NCBI GenBank assembly: GCA_947591245.1
Contig: CANQCY010000002.1
Location: 36,911 to 100,910, forward strand
Length of the DNA stretch: 64,000 nt
Direction: 5' to 3'
Source of the DNA: an uncultured Lachnospiraceae bacterium
GTDB lineage: Bacteria > Bacillota > Clostridia > Lachnospirales > Lachnospiraceae
Part shown: positions 47,419 through 57,833 of the stretch, in pieces
Numbering within the stretch: the stretch's first letter is position 1
Layout of the letters: every line of letters begins with the position of its first letter
Program-made: the position numbers and the translations under genes
Notes under the pieces: generated by a model
Databases searched by the model: none
The model's input: the letters and a program-made list of their open reading frames with translations, nothing else
Told to the model about the DNA's origin: nothing

Positions 47419-48507
47419 TTAGACGCACGACACAAATTCCAGATTGTCCGCTCTCACCTTCACCCGGACCATCTCTTCTTCCATCTCTTTTCTCCCCGTA
47501 TAAATAAAAATGCAGCTGGAAAGAAACTCCCCTTCATACTGGACATTGTACAGCTCCTCAAGCGGATCCGGAAATTTGCCCATATCGGAAGAAAAAATGT
47601 CTGCAAACAAATCTAATATTTGATCGCCGTCCGATACGAGCCGCCGTTTTACGTTGCCCTCCCGGAAATCCTTCCAGACCACATAAAACGTTTTTTTTGT
47701 CATGGTAAATTTCATCGCAAGATAATATAACATCTCAAAGATCCGCTCAATTTTATCCTGATTTTTTTCACCCGCTATATCAATAAAGACCGCCGTATCA
47801 CAGGCGATCGGAAATCCATAATCCTGAACCATGAGCGTATTCTTTTTAGCTGAGAATTTCCAATTAATACGGTTTAATTTATCCCCCGGACGGTAATAGC
47901 GGATATCGTACAATTCCGACGGATCATTGCCGGGCTTTTGAGACGAAAACATCTCGCTCTCGCCCTCTTTCTCCTCATACGCAATATGCGGTTCGATCGG
48001 ATATTCGCGGTACTCCGGCAAAACCAAAAATGAAGCGGAGGCGTTCGCCCGAATCGTTGGCCTGAGCAGGGAAAAACCATTGTAAATCAAGACTTTCTCA
48101 ATACAAAGCCTGCTCATTCCGCTGTATTGGGGAACAAAATCAAGCAAAATTTCCTCGCGCCGGTTCACAAGAAAAATCTTTTTCTTCATCGTCACCATCT
48201 TGGTTCCGAGCCCGCTGTTCACCGTAATATATATCACTGCCCGGCTTCCCTGATTCAAAGCGGAACGGTTTTCCACGACGACGGGGATTTCAATTTTCTG
48301 AAATTTAGCCGCCGACAAAACCATCTGATTTTCAAATTTTATTTTCACTCCTCTTTTAGCCGGAAAAAACGTAATGATCGAAAAAAGGACAGGTACCGCC
48401 GCCGCCATAATGAGCACGGCGCCTCCGCTCGGTTTAATATACAAGATGCAAAACAGAATCAGGCCCGCCACCGCCATAATGTACATAATCCAATTTCTAA
48501 TTACCAT
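47419..48507 (-). CDS. DUF58 domain protein
   Basis: ELYDIRYYRPGDKLNRINWKFSAK motif; two N-terminal TMs; follows MoxR. Confidence 0.88.
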   Translation of the reverse strand: MVIRNWIMYIMAVAGLILFCILYIKPSGGAVLIMAAAVPVLFSIITFFPAKRGVKIKFENQMVLSAAKFQKIEIPVVVENRSALNQGSRAVIYITVNSGLGTKMVTMKKKIFLVNRREEILLDFVPQYSGMSRLCIEKVLIYNGFSLLRPTIRANASASFLVLPEYREYPIEPHIAYEEKEGESEMFSSQKPGNDPSELYDIRYYRPGDKLNRINWKFSAKKNTLMVQDYGFPIACDTAVFIDIAGEKNQDKIERIFEMLYYLAMKFTMTKKTFYVVWKDFREGNVKRRLVSDGDQILDLFADIFSSDMGKFPDPLEELYNVQYEGEFLSSCIFIYTGRKEMEEEMVRVKVRADNLEFVSCV

Positions 48508-48515
48508 TCTGTATC

Positions 48516-49436
48516 CTACCTTATCTTTACCTTCTCCAAAACTTCAGACATGATTTCGTCTTTTCCATGCTTCTCCACCTTCGCCCTTGACGTCAGTATG
48601 ATGCGGTGGCGCACAATATATGGAAATGCCTGCCGCACATCTTCGGGAAACACGCAGTCCCTTTCATTCAAAAAGGCGACTGCCTTACTCATTTCCATAA
48701 GAGCCAGCGTGCCGCGCGGACTGACGCCCAGAGACAACAACTCATGGTTTCTCGTCGCCTCTGACAGCCTCACCAGATAGTCATAGATATCTTCATTCAG
48801 ATATATGCCGCTTACCAGTTTCCGCATCTCGATCAGCTCTTCCCGGCTCACCACCCGCTTCACTGCGTCTGCCGGATTCATTCCCTGCCTTTCTTTCAAA
48901 AGCAGGATTTCCTCATCATGCGTCGGGTATCCGAGCGTCAGACAGATCATGAAGCGATCCAGCTGCGAATCCGGAAGAAGCTGCGTACCCACCGATCCTA
49001 CTGGGTTTTGCGTCGCCATCACAACAAAGGGTTCTGGCGCCGGCGTCGTAATTCCATCCACGGTGACCCGCTTCTCCTCCATCACCTCAAGCAGAGCGGA
49101 CTGCGTCTTGGAAGAGGCGCGGTTAATCTCATCCGCCAAAAATAGATTGCACAAAATGACGCCCTTTTGATATTCCTTCGAGCCATCCGGACGTATGATA
49201 TTAAATCCCACAACATCGCTCGGCAATACGTCCGAAGTAAACTGCATGCGATTCGCATCCAGTTCCATCGCCTTGGAAAACGCCATCGCAAGGCTTGTCT
49301 TTCCGACTCCCGGTATACCGTCAAGAAGAATATGCCCCCCTGACAAAATGGCTGCCAGCATCATCTCCTTCTCGTCTCTCTTTCCTTTTATCACTTTCTC
49401 TACTTCGGCCAAAACATCGCTTAACTGTTTATTCAT
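48516..49436 (-). CDS. MoxR-family AAA+ ATPase
   Basis: GIPGVGKT, LADEINR, TQSALLEVMEE, ATQNP, QLDRF and GVSPRG motifs; ATGA overlap with ung. Confidence 0.93.
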   Translation of the reverse strand: MNKQLSDVLAEVEKVIKGKRDEKEMMLAAILSGGHILLDGIPGVGKTSLAMAFSKAMELDANRMQFTSDVLPSDVVGFNIIRPDGSKEYQKGVILCNLFLADEINRASSKTQSALLEVMEEKRVTVDGITTPAPEPFVVMATQNPVGSVGTQLLPDSQLDRFMICLTLGYPTHDEEILLLKERQGMNPADAVKRVVSREELIEMRKLVSGIYLNEDIYDYLVRLSEATRNHELLSLGVSPRGTLALMEMSKAVAFLNERDCVFPEDVRQAFPYIVRHRIILTSRAKVEKHGKDEIMSEVLEKVKIR

Positions 49437-50128
49437 CTCTCTCCCTCTTTTATATCTATTTCTGATATTTGCCACTCCACCGGCTGTACGCCGTTCTTTA
49501 TCAAAAATTCATTTGCCTGGCTAAACGGCCTGCTTCCAAAAAATCCGCGGAACGCCGACAAGGGACTCGGATGCGGCGCCTTCAAAATCAAATGCTTTGG
49601 ATTGTTCAGCATTTTCGCTTTCTCCTGAGCCGGTTTCCCCCACAGGATAAACACGACCGGACGATCGATTTCATTCGTCTTGCGGATAACCGCATCGGTA
49701 AATTTCTCCCAGCCCACTCCGCGGTGTGACATCGGCTTATGGGCGCGCACCGTCAGTACCGTATTTAAGAGAAGCACCCCCTGCTCTGCCCATTCGTTGA
49801 GATAGCCGTGGCTCGGTATGCTGCATCCGAGATCGTCATGAAGCTCCTTATAAATATTGACTAACGACGGCGGAATCTCAACACCGGGTTTTACCGAAAA
49901 ACACAGGCCGTGCGCCTGTCCCGGATTGTGGTACGGATCCTGCCCGATAATCACCACCTTCACCTTTTCGAGCGGAGTCAGGTGGAACGCATTGAAAATA
50001 TCCCCCGATCTGGGATATACCGTCGCGCTGCTGTATTCATTTTTTACAAAAAGAAATAGTTTTTTATAATACTCCTTAGAAAATTCTTCCGAAAGCGCCT
50101 GTGCCCATTGTCCTGTCAATCCTGGCAT
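49433..50128 (-). CDS. ung: Uracil-DNA glycosylase
   Basis: GQDPYH, GLCFS, PPSLVNI, GVLLLN and HPSPLS motifs. Confidence 0.96.
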   Translation of the reverse strand: MPGLTGQWAQALSEEFSKEYYKKLFLFVKNEYSSATVYPRSGDIFNAFHLTPLEKVKVVIIGQDPYHNPGQAHGLCFSVKPGVEIPPSLVNIYKELHDDLGCSIPSHGYLNEWAEQGVLLLNTVLTVRAHKPMSHRGVGWEKFTDAVIRKTNEIDRPVVFILWGKPAQEKAKMLNNPKHLILKAPHPSPLSAFRGFFGSRPFSQANEFLIKNGVQPVEWQISEIDIKEGER

Positions 50129-50169
50129 ATCAACCGTATCCTCCAACTGCACGCATTTTTTGCATTTGT

Positions 50170-50937
50170 TTATAAGCAGCGTCTGACGCTGATTCCCTCC
50201 CGCCATAAATACTGCTTCAGATCATTGATTTTCAGCTCGTTAAAATGAAACAGGGATGCCGCCAAAACCGCATCCGCTTTTCCCTCTGTAAGCGCATCGC
50301 GAAAATGCTCTCTTTTCCCCGCTCCTCCTGATGCGATTACCGGAATGGATACATTCTCGGAAATGGTTCTCGTGAGCTCTATGTCATAGCCGTCTTTCGT
50401 GCCGTCGCAGTCCATACTCGTCAGAAGTATTTCACCCGCGCCGAGACGGTCTGCCTTCATCGCCCATTCTACCGCATCGATGCCCATATCCACCCTGCCG
50501 CCGTTTTTATATACGGACCATCCGCTGCCGTCTGTGCGCCGTCTGGCGTCAATCGCCACAACCACGCACTGGCTTCCGAATTTATCCGATGCTTCGGATA
50601 TCAGATCCGGATTCATGATCGCGGCAGAATTTACGGATACCTTGTCCGCCCCCTCCCGCAATATCATCCGGAAATCTTCTATTGTTCGTATGCCGCCGCC
50701 TACCGTAAACGGGATAAACACTGTCTCCGCCACTTTCCTTACCATATTGACCGTGATCTCCCTCGCATCGCTGGATGCCGTTATATCGAGAAAAACAAGT
50801 TCGTCTGCGCCCGCTTTGCCATAAGCGGCAGCCACGGAAACAGGGTCTCCGGCGTCCCGCAGATTTACAAAATTGACTCCCTTTACCACCCTGCCCTCAT
50901 TCACATCAAGACACGGTATCACTCTTTTAGTAAACAT
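50170..50937 (-). CDS. hisF: Imidazole glycerol phosphate synthase cyclase subunit
   Basis: [35 protein letters not shown] and LAASLFH motifs. Confidence 0.96.
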   Translation of the reverse strand: MFTKRVIPCLDVNEGRVVKGVNFVNLRDAGDPVSVAAAYGKAGADELVFLDITASSDAREITVNMVRKVAETVFIPFTVGGGIRTIEDFRMILREGADKVSVNSAAIMNPDLISEASDKFGSQCVVVAIDARRRTDGSGWSVYKNGGRVDMGIDAVEWAMKADRLGAGEILLTSMDCDGTKDGYDIELTRTISENVSIPVIASGGAGKREHFRDALTEGKADAVLAASLFHFNELKINDLKQYLWREGISVRRCL

Positions 50938-50971
50938 CCGAACCACCTTTCTGCTTCTTCTTTGAATTGTA

Positions 50972-51577
50972 TCACAAATTCATAAAATTCCTCAATATAT
51001 TAAGGCCCACTTCCCCGCTTTTCTCCGGATGGAACTGCGTTGCAAACACATTTCCGCGCTCCGCCGCCGCATCGATATCCACTATATAATTTGTCCGCGC
51101 CGCCACGTCTTCTTTTCTCGCCGCCTGCAAATAATAAGAGTGAACAAAGTACACATAAGAGCCGTCTTCAATTCCCTTTAGCAGCCGCGAAGCCGGATTG
51201 ACCTCGATTGAATTCCAGCCCATGTGAGGGATTTTAAATCCCTCCCGTTCGGGTATCCGCACGATCTTTCCCGGCAAAATCGACAGCCCGCCAACTCCTT
51301 CCGTTTCCTCGCTGTCCTCAAAAAAAAGCTGCAGTCCCAGACATATGCCAAGAAGCGGCGTCTCTTCTGAAACCAATTTATGCAGTACATCCACCAGACC
51401 GTATTGATGAAGCTTTTCCATGGCGCCGCCAAACGCGCCTACTCCGGGAACGATCACTTTGTCCGCCCGGAGCAGGACTTCCGTCTCTCTTGTCACCACC
51501 GGTTCCCCACCAAGGAATTTTAATGCTTTTTCAACACTCTTAATATTTCCCGCGTCATAGTCTACTATCGCTATCAT
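50972..51577 (-). CDS. hisH: Imidazole glycerol phosphate synthase glutaminase subunit
   Basis: DYDAGN, PGVG, GICLGLQ, PHMGWN, YFVHSY and QFHPEKS motifs. Confidence 0.96.
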   Translation of the reverse strand: MIAIVDYDAGNIKSVEKALKFLGGEPVVTRETEVLLRADKVIVPGVGAFGGAMEKLHQYGLVDVLHKLVSEETPLLGICLGLQLFFEDSEETEGVGGLSILPGKIVRIPEREGFKIPHMGWNSIEVNPASRLLKGIEDGSYVYFVHSYYLQAARKEDVAARTNYIVDIDAAAERGNVFATQFHPEKSGEVGLNILRNFMNL

Positions 51578-51617
51578 GCATATTCCCTTTCTGGCATAAC
51601 GTATATTGCGTGCCGTA

Positions 51618-53153
51618 TCAGCTGCGGTTGAGAACCTCCTGCAGCTGTTTTGCGTATTCCTGCCGATCCTCAATTGCGGCCAGCCGTCTGGCCTCTTCCT
51701 CGCTCACTCCGAAATCCGTACTCAGAGCCGACGCAAGCTGTGACTTCAAGTTCTCCATCTGGCCTGTTATATTGAGAGACTCAGCCTCTGCCAAATTCAG
51801 GTCATAATGGCGGATTCCTTTCACAAGCGAATCAAGCGCCTCCAGCTTTTTATCCATCGCGGTATAATTTTTAAAGGAATTTACTTCCTTCTGCACCTGA
51901 GAACACAAGCGGATTCTCTTATACAGGACGCCATCCTCATCAACCAGATTTGCCGCGTTGATCGCGTCGTATGCCTTCATATAATCTCCGCTGGCAAACA
52001 GATTTTCCGCATTGTTCATATTTGAATTCCGGCTCAGAAGCATCGATCCGAATATCGTCAGAACAGCGATCGTGGCAAAAAAGACGATTACGATTGCCGC
52101 CCCGATCGGATTGATTTTTCCGACAACCTCGCGGGCTTCCTCTTCCGCCCTTCTCTCTTCCTTCAATCGCTTCTTCTCTGCTTTTTCCTCTTCCTTCTTG
52201 GCTGCCTGTTCCGCCTTCAGCTGTTTCTTTCTCTCTTTTTCTTCCTGGGCAAGCTGCGCCTTCTCTTCCTTGGACGCCTCAGCCTGCTGCTTTTTTTCTT
52301 CCTTCTTTTTCGCCTTTTTGGCAAGCGCTTCTTCTTCTTCCCGCCGTTCCTTTTCTTCTTCCTCCGCCGTTGCATCGGTTATAATATTTCCGAATATTCT
52401 GGCAAAAAAGCCCGGACCGCTCTTTTCCTTCTTGACGTTTTTCTTTTTTTCAGCAGTCAGCGGATCCGTAGCAGGAATCATCGAAACGTCTTCCTCTTCC
52501 CCATCGCCCGCCATGAAACCGATCGGATCGTATGCAAAATCATCATCGTCATTGCCGCTGTAGCCAACCGCCGAAAGCGCATCCTGAAAAATATCATCCA
52601 CCTCAACAGAACCTTTTGCAGCCTCTTCTTTTTTGTCCGGCTTCGCGTCTTCCGCCGGTGCTTCAGGCTCCGGTTCTTCCTCATCCGGCAGTATTGCCTC
52701 AAAGCCGATCGGAATATCCGGTTCCTCTTCCTCCGTTTTCACTTCCTCCGGCTCATCCGCCGGCATTTCCTCTGGTTGCGGTTCCTCCCGCTCAGTTTCT
52801 GCCCGCGTTTCCTTCATTACCGGTATTTCCGGCAAATCGTCAATATCCTGAAACGGCGCGGCGTCCTCGGGCGCTTCCTCAGGAACGCTTTCATCCTCCG
52901 CCTTCCGGTCAAGCATGCCGATGACTCCTTCTAAATCATCAAATTCGTTCTCACTATCTAATTCATCATAATACTCGTCCTCTGAATCCGGCAAATCATC
53001 CAAAACCGCCAACGCCTCTTCCAGCGACATCTCTCCCTCTGCGTCTTCGCCAAAGTCCGCATATAAGTCTTCCGGACTCAGCGACGTCTCCTCCCAGTCC
53101 GGCGCCACCGTATTTAACAGTTCGTCCAAATAGGACTCTCCCTCTTTTTCCAT
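51618..53153 (-). CDS. Hypothetical single-pass membrane protein with long acidic low-complexity N-terminus
   Basis: D/E/P-rich region, then an E/K coiled coil, one TM (IGAAIVIVFFATIAVLTIFG) and a helical C-domain. Confidence 0.75.
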   Translation of the reverse strand: MEKEGESYLDELLNTVAPDWEETSLSPEDLYADFGEDAEGEMSLEEALAVLDDLPDSEDEYYDELDSENEFDDLEGVIGMLDRKAEDESVPEEAPEDAAPFQDIDDLPEIPVMKETRAETEREEPQPEEMPADEPEEVKTEEEEPDIPIGFEAILPDEEEPEPEAPAEDAKPDKKEEAAKGSVEVDDIFQDALSAVGYSGNDDDDFAYDPIGFMAGDGEEEDVSMIPATDPLTAEKKKNVKKEKSGPGFFARIFGNIITDATAEEEEKERREEEEALAKKAKKKEEKKQQAEASKEEKAQLAQEEKERKKQLKAEQAAKKEEEKAEKKRLKEERRAEEEAREVVGKINPIGAAIVIVFFATIAVLTIFGSMLLSRNSNMNNAENLFASGDYMKAYDAINAANLVDEDGVLYKRIRLCSQVQKEVNSFKNYTAMDKKLEALDSLVKGIRHYDLNLAEAESLNITGQMENLKSQLASALSTDFGVSEEEARRLAAIEDRQEYAKQLQEVLNRS

Positions 53154-53240
53154 AACCTGCCATTCCCTCCATTCCTTCCTCTCTTTAAAAAAGTTGCGTT
53201 CAAAAATATAAACGCAACTTTTTATATCCCGCAATACCCT

Positions 53241-54158
53241 TTAATTCAGCAATAAATCAAGCTGTCTTACAAGCTTGCCGATTTCAGGTTTTGACAGCTG
53301 CGCATCTACACCCAGCGCTTCACCCTTCCTCTTCATTTCATCGTTTACGAGAGAAGAAAAAATCACAACCGGAAGTCCCTCAAATTTCGAATCCGACTTA
53401 ATCAGTTTCGTAAGACGGTGGCCGTCCATCTGCGGCATCTCAATATCCGTAATCACGCAAGAGATATCCTGTCCGACCACACCGCCGTCATCAATGAGGC
53501 GGTTGAGCATCGTCCACGCTTCCTGTCCGTTCGTCGTCGGAATCAGATGCGTATATCCGGCACGGTTCAAACATTTTTTGAGCATCTCAAGAAGCAGCGG
53601 CGAATCCTCTGCAAGAAGAATCGGACAATCATGTCTGGCGCGCTCGCCCATCGCATCTACCTCTGAGAGTTTAAGCCCCGTCTCCGGATTGATCTCCGAA
53701 ACGATTTTCTCAAAATCAAGAACAATAATGATCCTTCCGTCTACCTTTGCTATACCGGTCGCAATTCCCTTTCCGGCGGCTCCGATCGTAGAATCCGGTT
53801 TCGCGATATCTTCCCACGAAACCCTATGTATGCCAATCACCTTCTGCACATGAAAGGCTGTGTGCAGACGGTTGAAATTCGTAATAATATACATATCGCC
53901 ATCTACATTATCCGATCGCTGCATCCCCAGAGCTTTGCATAGATCTATCACCGTGATCAGCATATCCCTCGGCATGAATATCCCCTCGATAAACTCATGC
54001 GCATTCGGTATCGGCGTCGGAGCCTGAAATGGACAAAGCTCCCTGATCTTGGCCACATTAATGCCATAACACTGATCCCCCACAACGAATTCCAGCAACT
54101 CCAGCTCGTTTGTTCCGCTTTCCAGCAAAATCCCTGTATCTTTCACTGCTTGTGACAA
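53241..54158 (-). CDS. cheV: Chemotaxis protein CheV (CheW + receiver)
   Basis: LLESGTNELELLEF, YGINVAK, AEDS, ITDIEMPQMDG, FSSL and KP motifs. Confidence 0.93.
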   Translation of the reverse strand: MSQAVKDTGILLESGTNELELLEFVVGDQCYGINVAKIRELCPFQAPTPIPNAHEFIEGIFMPRDMLITVIDLCKALGMQRSDNVDGDMYIITNFNRLHTAFHVQKVIGIHRVSWEDIAKPDSTIGAAGKGIATGIAKVDGRIIIVLDFEKIVSEINPETGLKLSEVDAMGERARHDCPILLAEDSPLLLEMLKKCLNRAGYTHLIPTTNGQEAWTMLNRLIDDGGVVGQDISCVITDIEMPQMDGHRLTKLIKSDSKFEGLPVVIFSSLVNDEMKRKGEALGVDAQLSKPEIGKLVRQLDLLLN

Positions 54159-54183
54159 ATTAATCTCCTCCTTTATAATAACA

Positions 54184-54882
54184 TTATTTCAGTCGAATTG
54201 TAGAAGCGTTTCCGCCATCCTTCACAGTAAGAACCATAGAGTCCGGATCTTTTGATTCATCCGGTATTTCGTACACGAGGATCGCCTTTTCCGAAGCGCC
54301 CGCCTTCAAATTTGTTTTCAGATAGTTCATGCCGCCGTTTTCCTGCATGACTATCACCGGCTGATATACCTTCCCGTCCATATCGAGCGAATAGTCAATA
54401 TTACGTTTCATCAAATTCACCGCCAACGGCTTTGACGACTTATTTTTCACAACAAACCGAGCGACCAGAAGGAACTGCCCTTTTTTTGCCGTCAGCTGCA
54501 TCGGGCCGTCTTTGGGATACTCGTTGCAGGCAACATATGAGTCGTAGCTGACCTTCATGCCTGAAACATGGTACAAATCATCCAGTGAAACTTCGTTTAA
54601 CTGCTCTTGCTCTTGCGCTTCCGCTCCGGACTGCGATGCGCCGGAATCTGGCGTCGGCGTCGGCGGCTCTGTTTCCGGCTGCTCCGTGACTGCCGGCGCA
54701 ATCGGTTCCGTCTTCACAAGCCTCTGGTTATACTTATCGTAATTGCGCAGAAGAACGCCTGCCGAATACTCGGCAATCATATCCTGCTCTTCCTCCGTCA
54801 GGGACTTCCCGCCCATGCAACCGACAAGCATACACATGCTGGCACAGAGGCAAAGTAAGAGAATTCCTTTTTTCTTAAACAT
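54184..54882 (-). CDS. Putative lipoprotein with Ig-like C-terminal domain
   Basis: Basic N-terminus, hydrophobic stretch, lipobox LVGC, P/T/E linker. Confidence 0.7.
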   Translation of the reverse strand: MFKKKGILLLCLCASMCMLVGCMGGKSLTEEEQDMIAEYSAGVLLRNYDKYNQRLVKTEPIAPAVTEQPETEPPTPTPDSGASQSGAEAQEQEQLNEVSLDDLYHVSGMKVSYDSYVACNEYPKDGPMQLTAKKGQFLLVARFVVKNKSSKPLAVNLMKRNIDYSLDMDGKVYQPVIVMQENGGMNYLKTNLKAGASEKAILVYEIPDESKDPDSMVLTVKDGGNASTIRLK

Positions 54883-54926
54883 CTTTTTCCTCCTGCAAAC
54901 TTTCGTTTACTTGCTGATATGCTTCT

Positions 54927-54955
54927 ATTCTAACACACTTAAAACGAAACTTCAA
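54927..54955 (-). promoter_or_regulatory. Sigma-A promoter for the lipoprotein-cheV unit
   Basis: TTGAAG-17 bp-TAGAAT with extended TG. Confidence 0.6.
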
Positions 54956-56500
54956 TCAATTTTCAGCCTTTTCATCTAATTCAAACCAAAATTCAACGCC
55001 ATTATCGTAATTTTTCACGCCAAACTGCTGATTGTGCGCCTCCATAATCGCTTTCACGATTGACAGCCCGATTCCGTTCCCGCCGTATTCTCTCGTTCTC
55101 GCCTTATCCACTTTGTAAAATTTATTCCAGATCTTATCGATTTCTCCTTCCGGAATTTTTTCTCCGGTATTAAACACGCTGATCCTTGCCCTTCCTTCGC
55201 TGCTCGTTATCTTGACCTCGATGATCCGCTCTCCTCCGATATGGTTAATCGCATTGCTGACATAATTCATCACCACCTCCTCAGTCATGTATTCGTCCGC
55301 CCAGACAAACACCGGATCCGTCTCGGCAAACGACAACGTGATTTCCTGCTGGCGAAACAGGATGTCCGAAGCCGCCAGCACTGATTTCACGACCTCGCGG
55401 ACGTCAAAATGTTCCAGATGAACCTGTCCGTTTCCAAATTCGAGCTGGTTCAAACTCAGCAGTTTTTTCACCATCTTATTCATTTTATCGGCTTCGTCCA
55501 CAATGACCTCGCAGTAAAAATCGCGGCTTTCCGGATCGTCGTTCACATTTTCCTGCAGTCCCTCCGCATACCCCTGAATAAGCGCAATCGGCGTCTTCAG
55601 CTCATGGGACACATTGGCGAGAAATTCCTGCCTCATCTGTTCCTGCTCGGAACGCCGCTGCAGATCAAGCTGCAGTTCATTGTTGGCGGTCTTCAATTCG
55701 GAAATCGTCTCCTGAAGCTTATCTGACAGCGAATTCATGCTGTGTCCGAGCACGCCGATCTCATCCGACCGTTTTTCTTCATACCTGACATTAAAATTCA
55801 GCTCTTCCATTTTCTGCGCCAGCTTTGCCAGCGCGAGAATCGGCTTTGTGTACCGGCTGCTCACAAAAATCATAATCAATACGCTCAGCACCGTCACAAT
55901 AATGCCGGCATAGGCAAGAAATTCATTGGAGATCGCTGCGCTTTCCCGAATGCTCTGATAATTCGAGCGCACATAAATCCAATACGAGCCGTTCAGCCCG
56001 CCAACCAGTTCGATATAATTGGAGCCGATCCGATCATCATACACTTTGTAAAGTTCATAATTTTCCGTCTCCTTGATCAACTGGTAATTTTCGTCAAAGA
56101 CGTCCCCCAGCTGCTTAAACATCACATATTTGCTAAACTGCTCCTTATTTCTCTCCATCATTCTGTCGCTGATGACCGGATACAAATAATCCACGCTGCT
56201 GACCAGCCCGCTCTCCACGTTGACCTTAACCTCCATAATATACATGGTGACGCCGGAGTTCGCGCTGATTTTATCAATCTGGTCATAGACCTTGTTTTTC
56301 TCGTCTATCGTAATGCTCTCCCAGTCATTGGCGTCAAACAGCTCCGCCGCCTTCACATAAACGCTGTCCAGCTGCTTTTTTTTGGAATTTTCATAATAGC
56401 CGGGAAGCAAAAACAAATTCATCATCCAGCAAATGACAATGCTCAATATAATCATCCCGGCAGAAATAAATACAAGCCTACGGCGCAGTGACGGTTTCAT
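54956..56500 (-). CDS. Sensor histidine kinase (2 TM, HAMP, HisKA, HATPase)
   Basis: DEIGVL, VSHELKTP, NYVSNA, FYKVDKAR and GIGLSIV motifs. Confidence 0.93.
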   Translation of the reverse strand: MKPSLRRRLVFISAGMIILSIVICWMMNLFLLPGYYENSKKKQLDSVYVKAAELFDANDWESITIDEKNKVYDQIDKISANSGVTMYIMEVKVNVESGLVSSVDYLYPVISDRMMERNKEQFSKYVMFKQLGDVFDENYQLIKETENYELYKVYDDRIGSNYIELVGGLNGSYWIYVRSNYQSIRESAAISNEFLAYAGIIVTVLSVLIMIFVSSRYTKPILALAKLAQKMEELNFNVRYEEKRSDEIGVLGHSMNSLSDKLQETISELKTANNELQLDLQRRSEQEQMRQEFLANVSHELKTPIALIQGYAEGLQENVNDDPESRDFYCEVIVDEADKMNKMVKKLLSLNQLEFGNGQVHLEHFDVREVVKSVLAASDILFRQQEITLSFAETDPVFVWADEYMTEEVVMNYVSNAINHIGGERIIEVKITSSEGRARISVFNTGEKIPEGEIDKIWNKFYKVDKARTREYGGNGIGLSIVKAIMEAHNQQFGVKNYDNGVEFWFELDEKAEN

Positions 56501-56511
56501 ACAAACCACTC

Positions 56512-57189
56512 CTAAATCTCAAACTTGTAACCCATGCCCCATATCGTCTTAATATATTTCCCGCACGTGTCCCCCATCTTGCTCCGCAGTTTTTTCACGT
56601 GGGTGTCAATCGTTCTTGCGTCGCCAAAATAATCATAATCCCACACGTGGTTCAATATGCGTTCGCGGGAGAGCGCAATATCTTTGTTTTCCATAAAATA
56701 CGCGAGAAGTTCAAATTCCTTGAAACTCAAATCCACCCTTTTTCCTTCAATGATTACCTCATGCGCCGACCGGTTCAGCACAATCCCGCCATATTCAATC
56801 ACATCCTCCATAGAGGCGTTCGTGCGGCGAAGTATCGCCTGTACGCGGGCCACGAGAATTTTGGGGCTGAACGGTTTCGATATATACTCGTCCACGCCGA
56901 GCTCAAATCCGCGGAGCTCGTCATTTTCCGCCCCTCGCGCCGTAAGCATGATAATCGGCACCTTTGAATACTGCCTGATCTCGCGGCACACCTGCCATCC
57001 GTCCATCTTCGGCATCATGACGTCGAGTATAATAAGATCAATATCTTTTTCGTCCAGGAAAATATCTACGGCGCTCTCTCCGTCCGCCGCTTCCAGAACC
57101 TTAAAATCCTCCCTCACGAGGAAATCCCTCACGAGTTTGCGCATCCTCTGCTCATCATCCACAACAAGTATTTTCTGTTCCAATGCCAA
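56512..57189 (-). CDS. OmpR-family response regulator
   Basis: VVDDE, LDVMMP, MLTA, KPF and winged-helix RTIDTHVKKLRSK...TIWGMGY. Confidence 0.95.
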   Translation of the reverse strand: MALEQKILVVDDEQRMRKLVRDFLVREDFKVLEAADGESAVDIFLDEKDIDLIILDVMMPKMDGWQVCREIRQYSKVPIIMLTARGAENDELRGFELGVDEYISKPFSPKILVARVQAILRRTNASMEDVIEYGGIVLNRSAHEVIIEGKRVDLSFKEFELLAYFMENKDIALSRERILNHVWDYDYFGDARTIDTHVKKLRSKMGDTCGKYIKTIWGMGYKFEI

Positions 57190-57207
57190 CGCCCCTTCCG
57201 TTTCTTC

Positions 57208-57771
57208 TTATTGACCCTGATTTAACGCGTCTTCCCTTGCTTTCAGCTCTTTCTCCCAGCCCTCATATTTGTCGATCAGTTCTTCCTCCATTTTTGCCTT
57301 ATAATCCGTGAAATATGTAAACACAGTATATTCGCTGCTCACATCAATCACAACAAACGCCGCCACGATCAGAATCGCAATAAACAGGACGAATTTCATC
57401 CGCTTATTCAAAATCTTCTGTCCCTCATAAAGCCGTTTATAGCGTTGTACGGAGGTATTTCCCGCATTAGGGGCGGACGCCGCCGTACGTTCCTCTCCGC
57501 CGCCTTGAACCGGGATCGCCGGCATCTCCTTCTCCGGCGCCTTTCCTGATGATAAAATGCTTTTCCTCAACTCAAGCAGAAACTCATATCCTACGACAGT
57601 AGAAAAAACTTGTTCTTCTACCGCCTTAACGTAAACCTTTTTTGCCACCTCGACGTCAGAAAACCGGAATTTTTCCCTCATTGCCTGAACGATCTTCTTT
57701 TCCTTCACCGCGCGCTCATATGCGTCCCTGTCTTTAAATTGGAAATGATCTATCCTGAATTGATCCGCCAC
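57208..57771 (-). CDS. Hypothetical single-TM protein upstream of the two-component system
   Basis: ORF with RBS GGAGG/GAGG before GTG; TM FVLFIAILIVAAFVVI. Confidence 0.7.
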   Translation of the reverse strand: MADQFRIDHFQFKDRDAYERAVKEKKIVQAMREKFRFSDVEVAKKVYVKAVEEQVFSTVVGYEFLLELRKSILSSGKAPEKEMPAIPVQGGGEERTAASAPNAGNTSVQRYKRLYEGQKILNKRMKFVLFIAILIVAAFVVIDVSSEYTVFTYFTDYKAKMEEELIDKYEGWEKELKAREDALNQGQ

Positions 57772-57803
57772 CGTCCTCGCCTCCCTGTTTGTTTGTTGTT
57801 TGT

Positions 57804-57833
57804 CGCATGGCTGCGAATGGCTGTGAATAGCTG
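57804..57833. repeat. Three tandem 10-bp direct repeats
   Basis: CGCATGGCTG CGAATGGCTG TGAATAGCTG. Confidence 0.75.
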
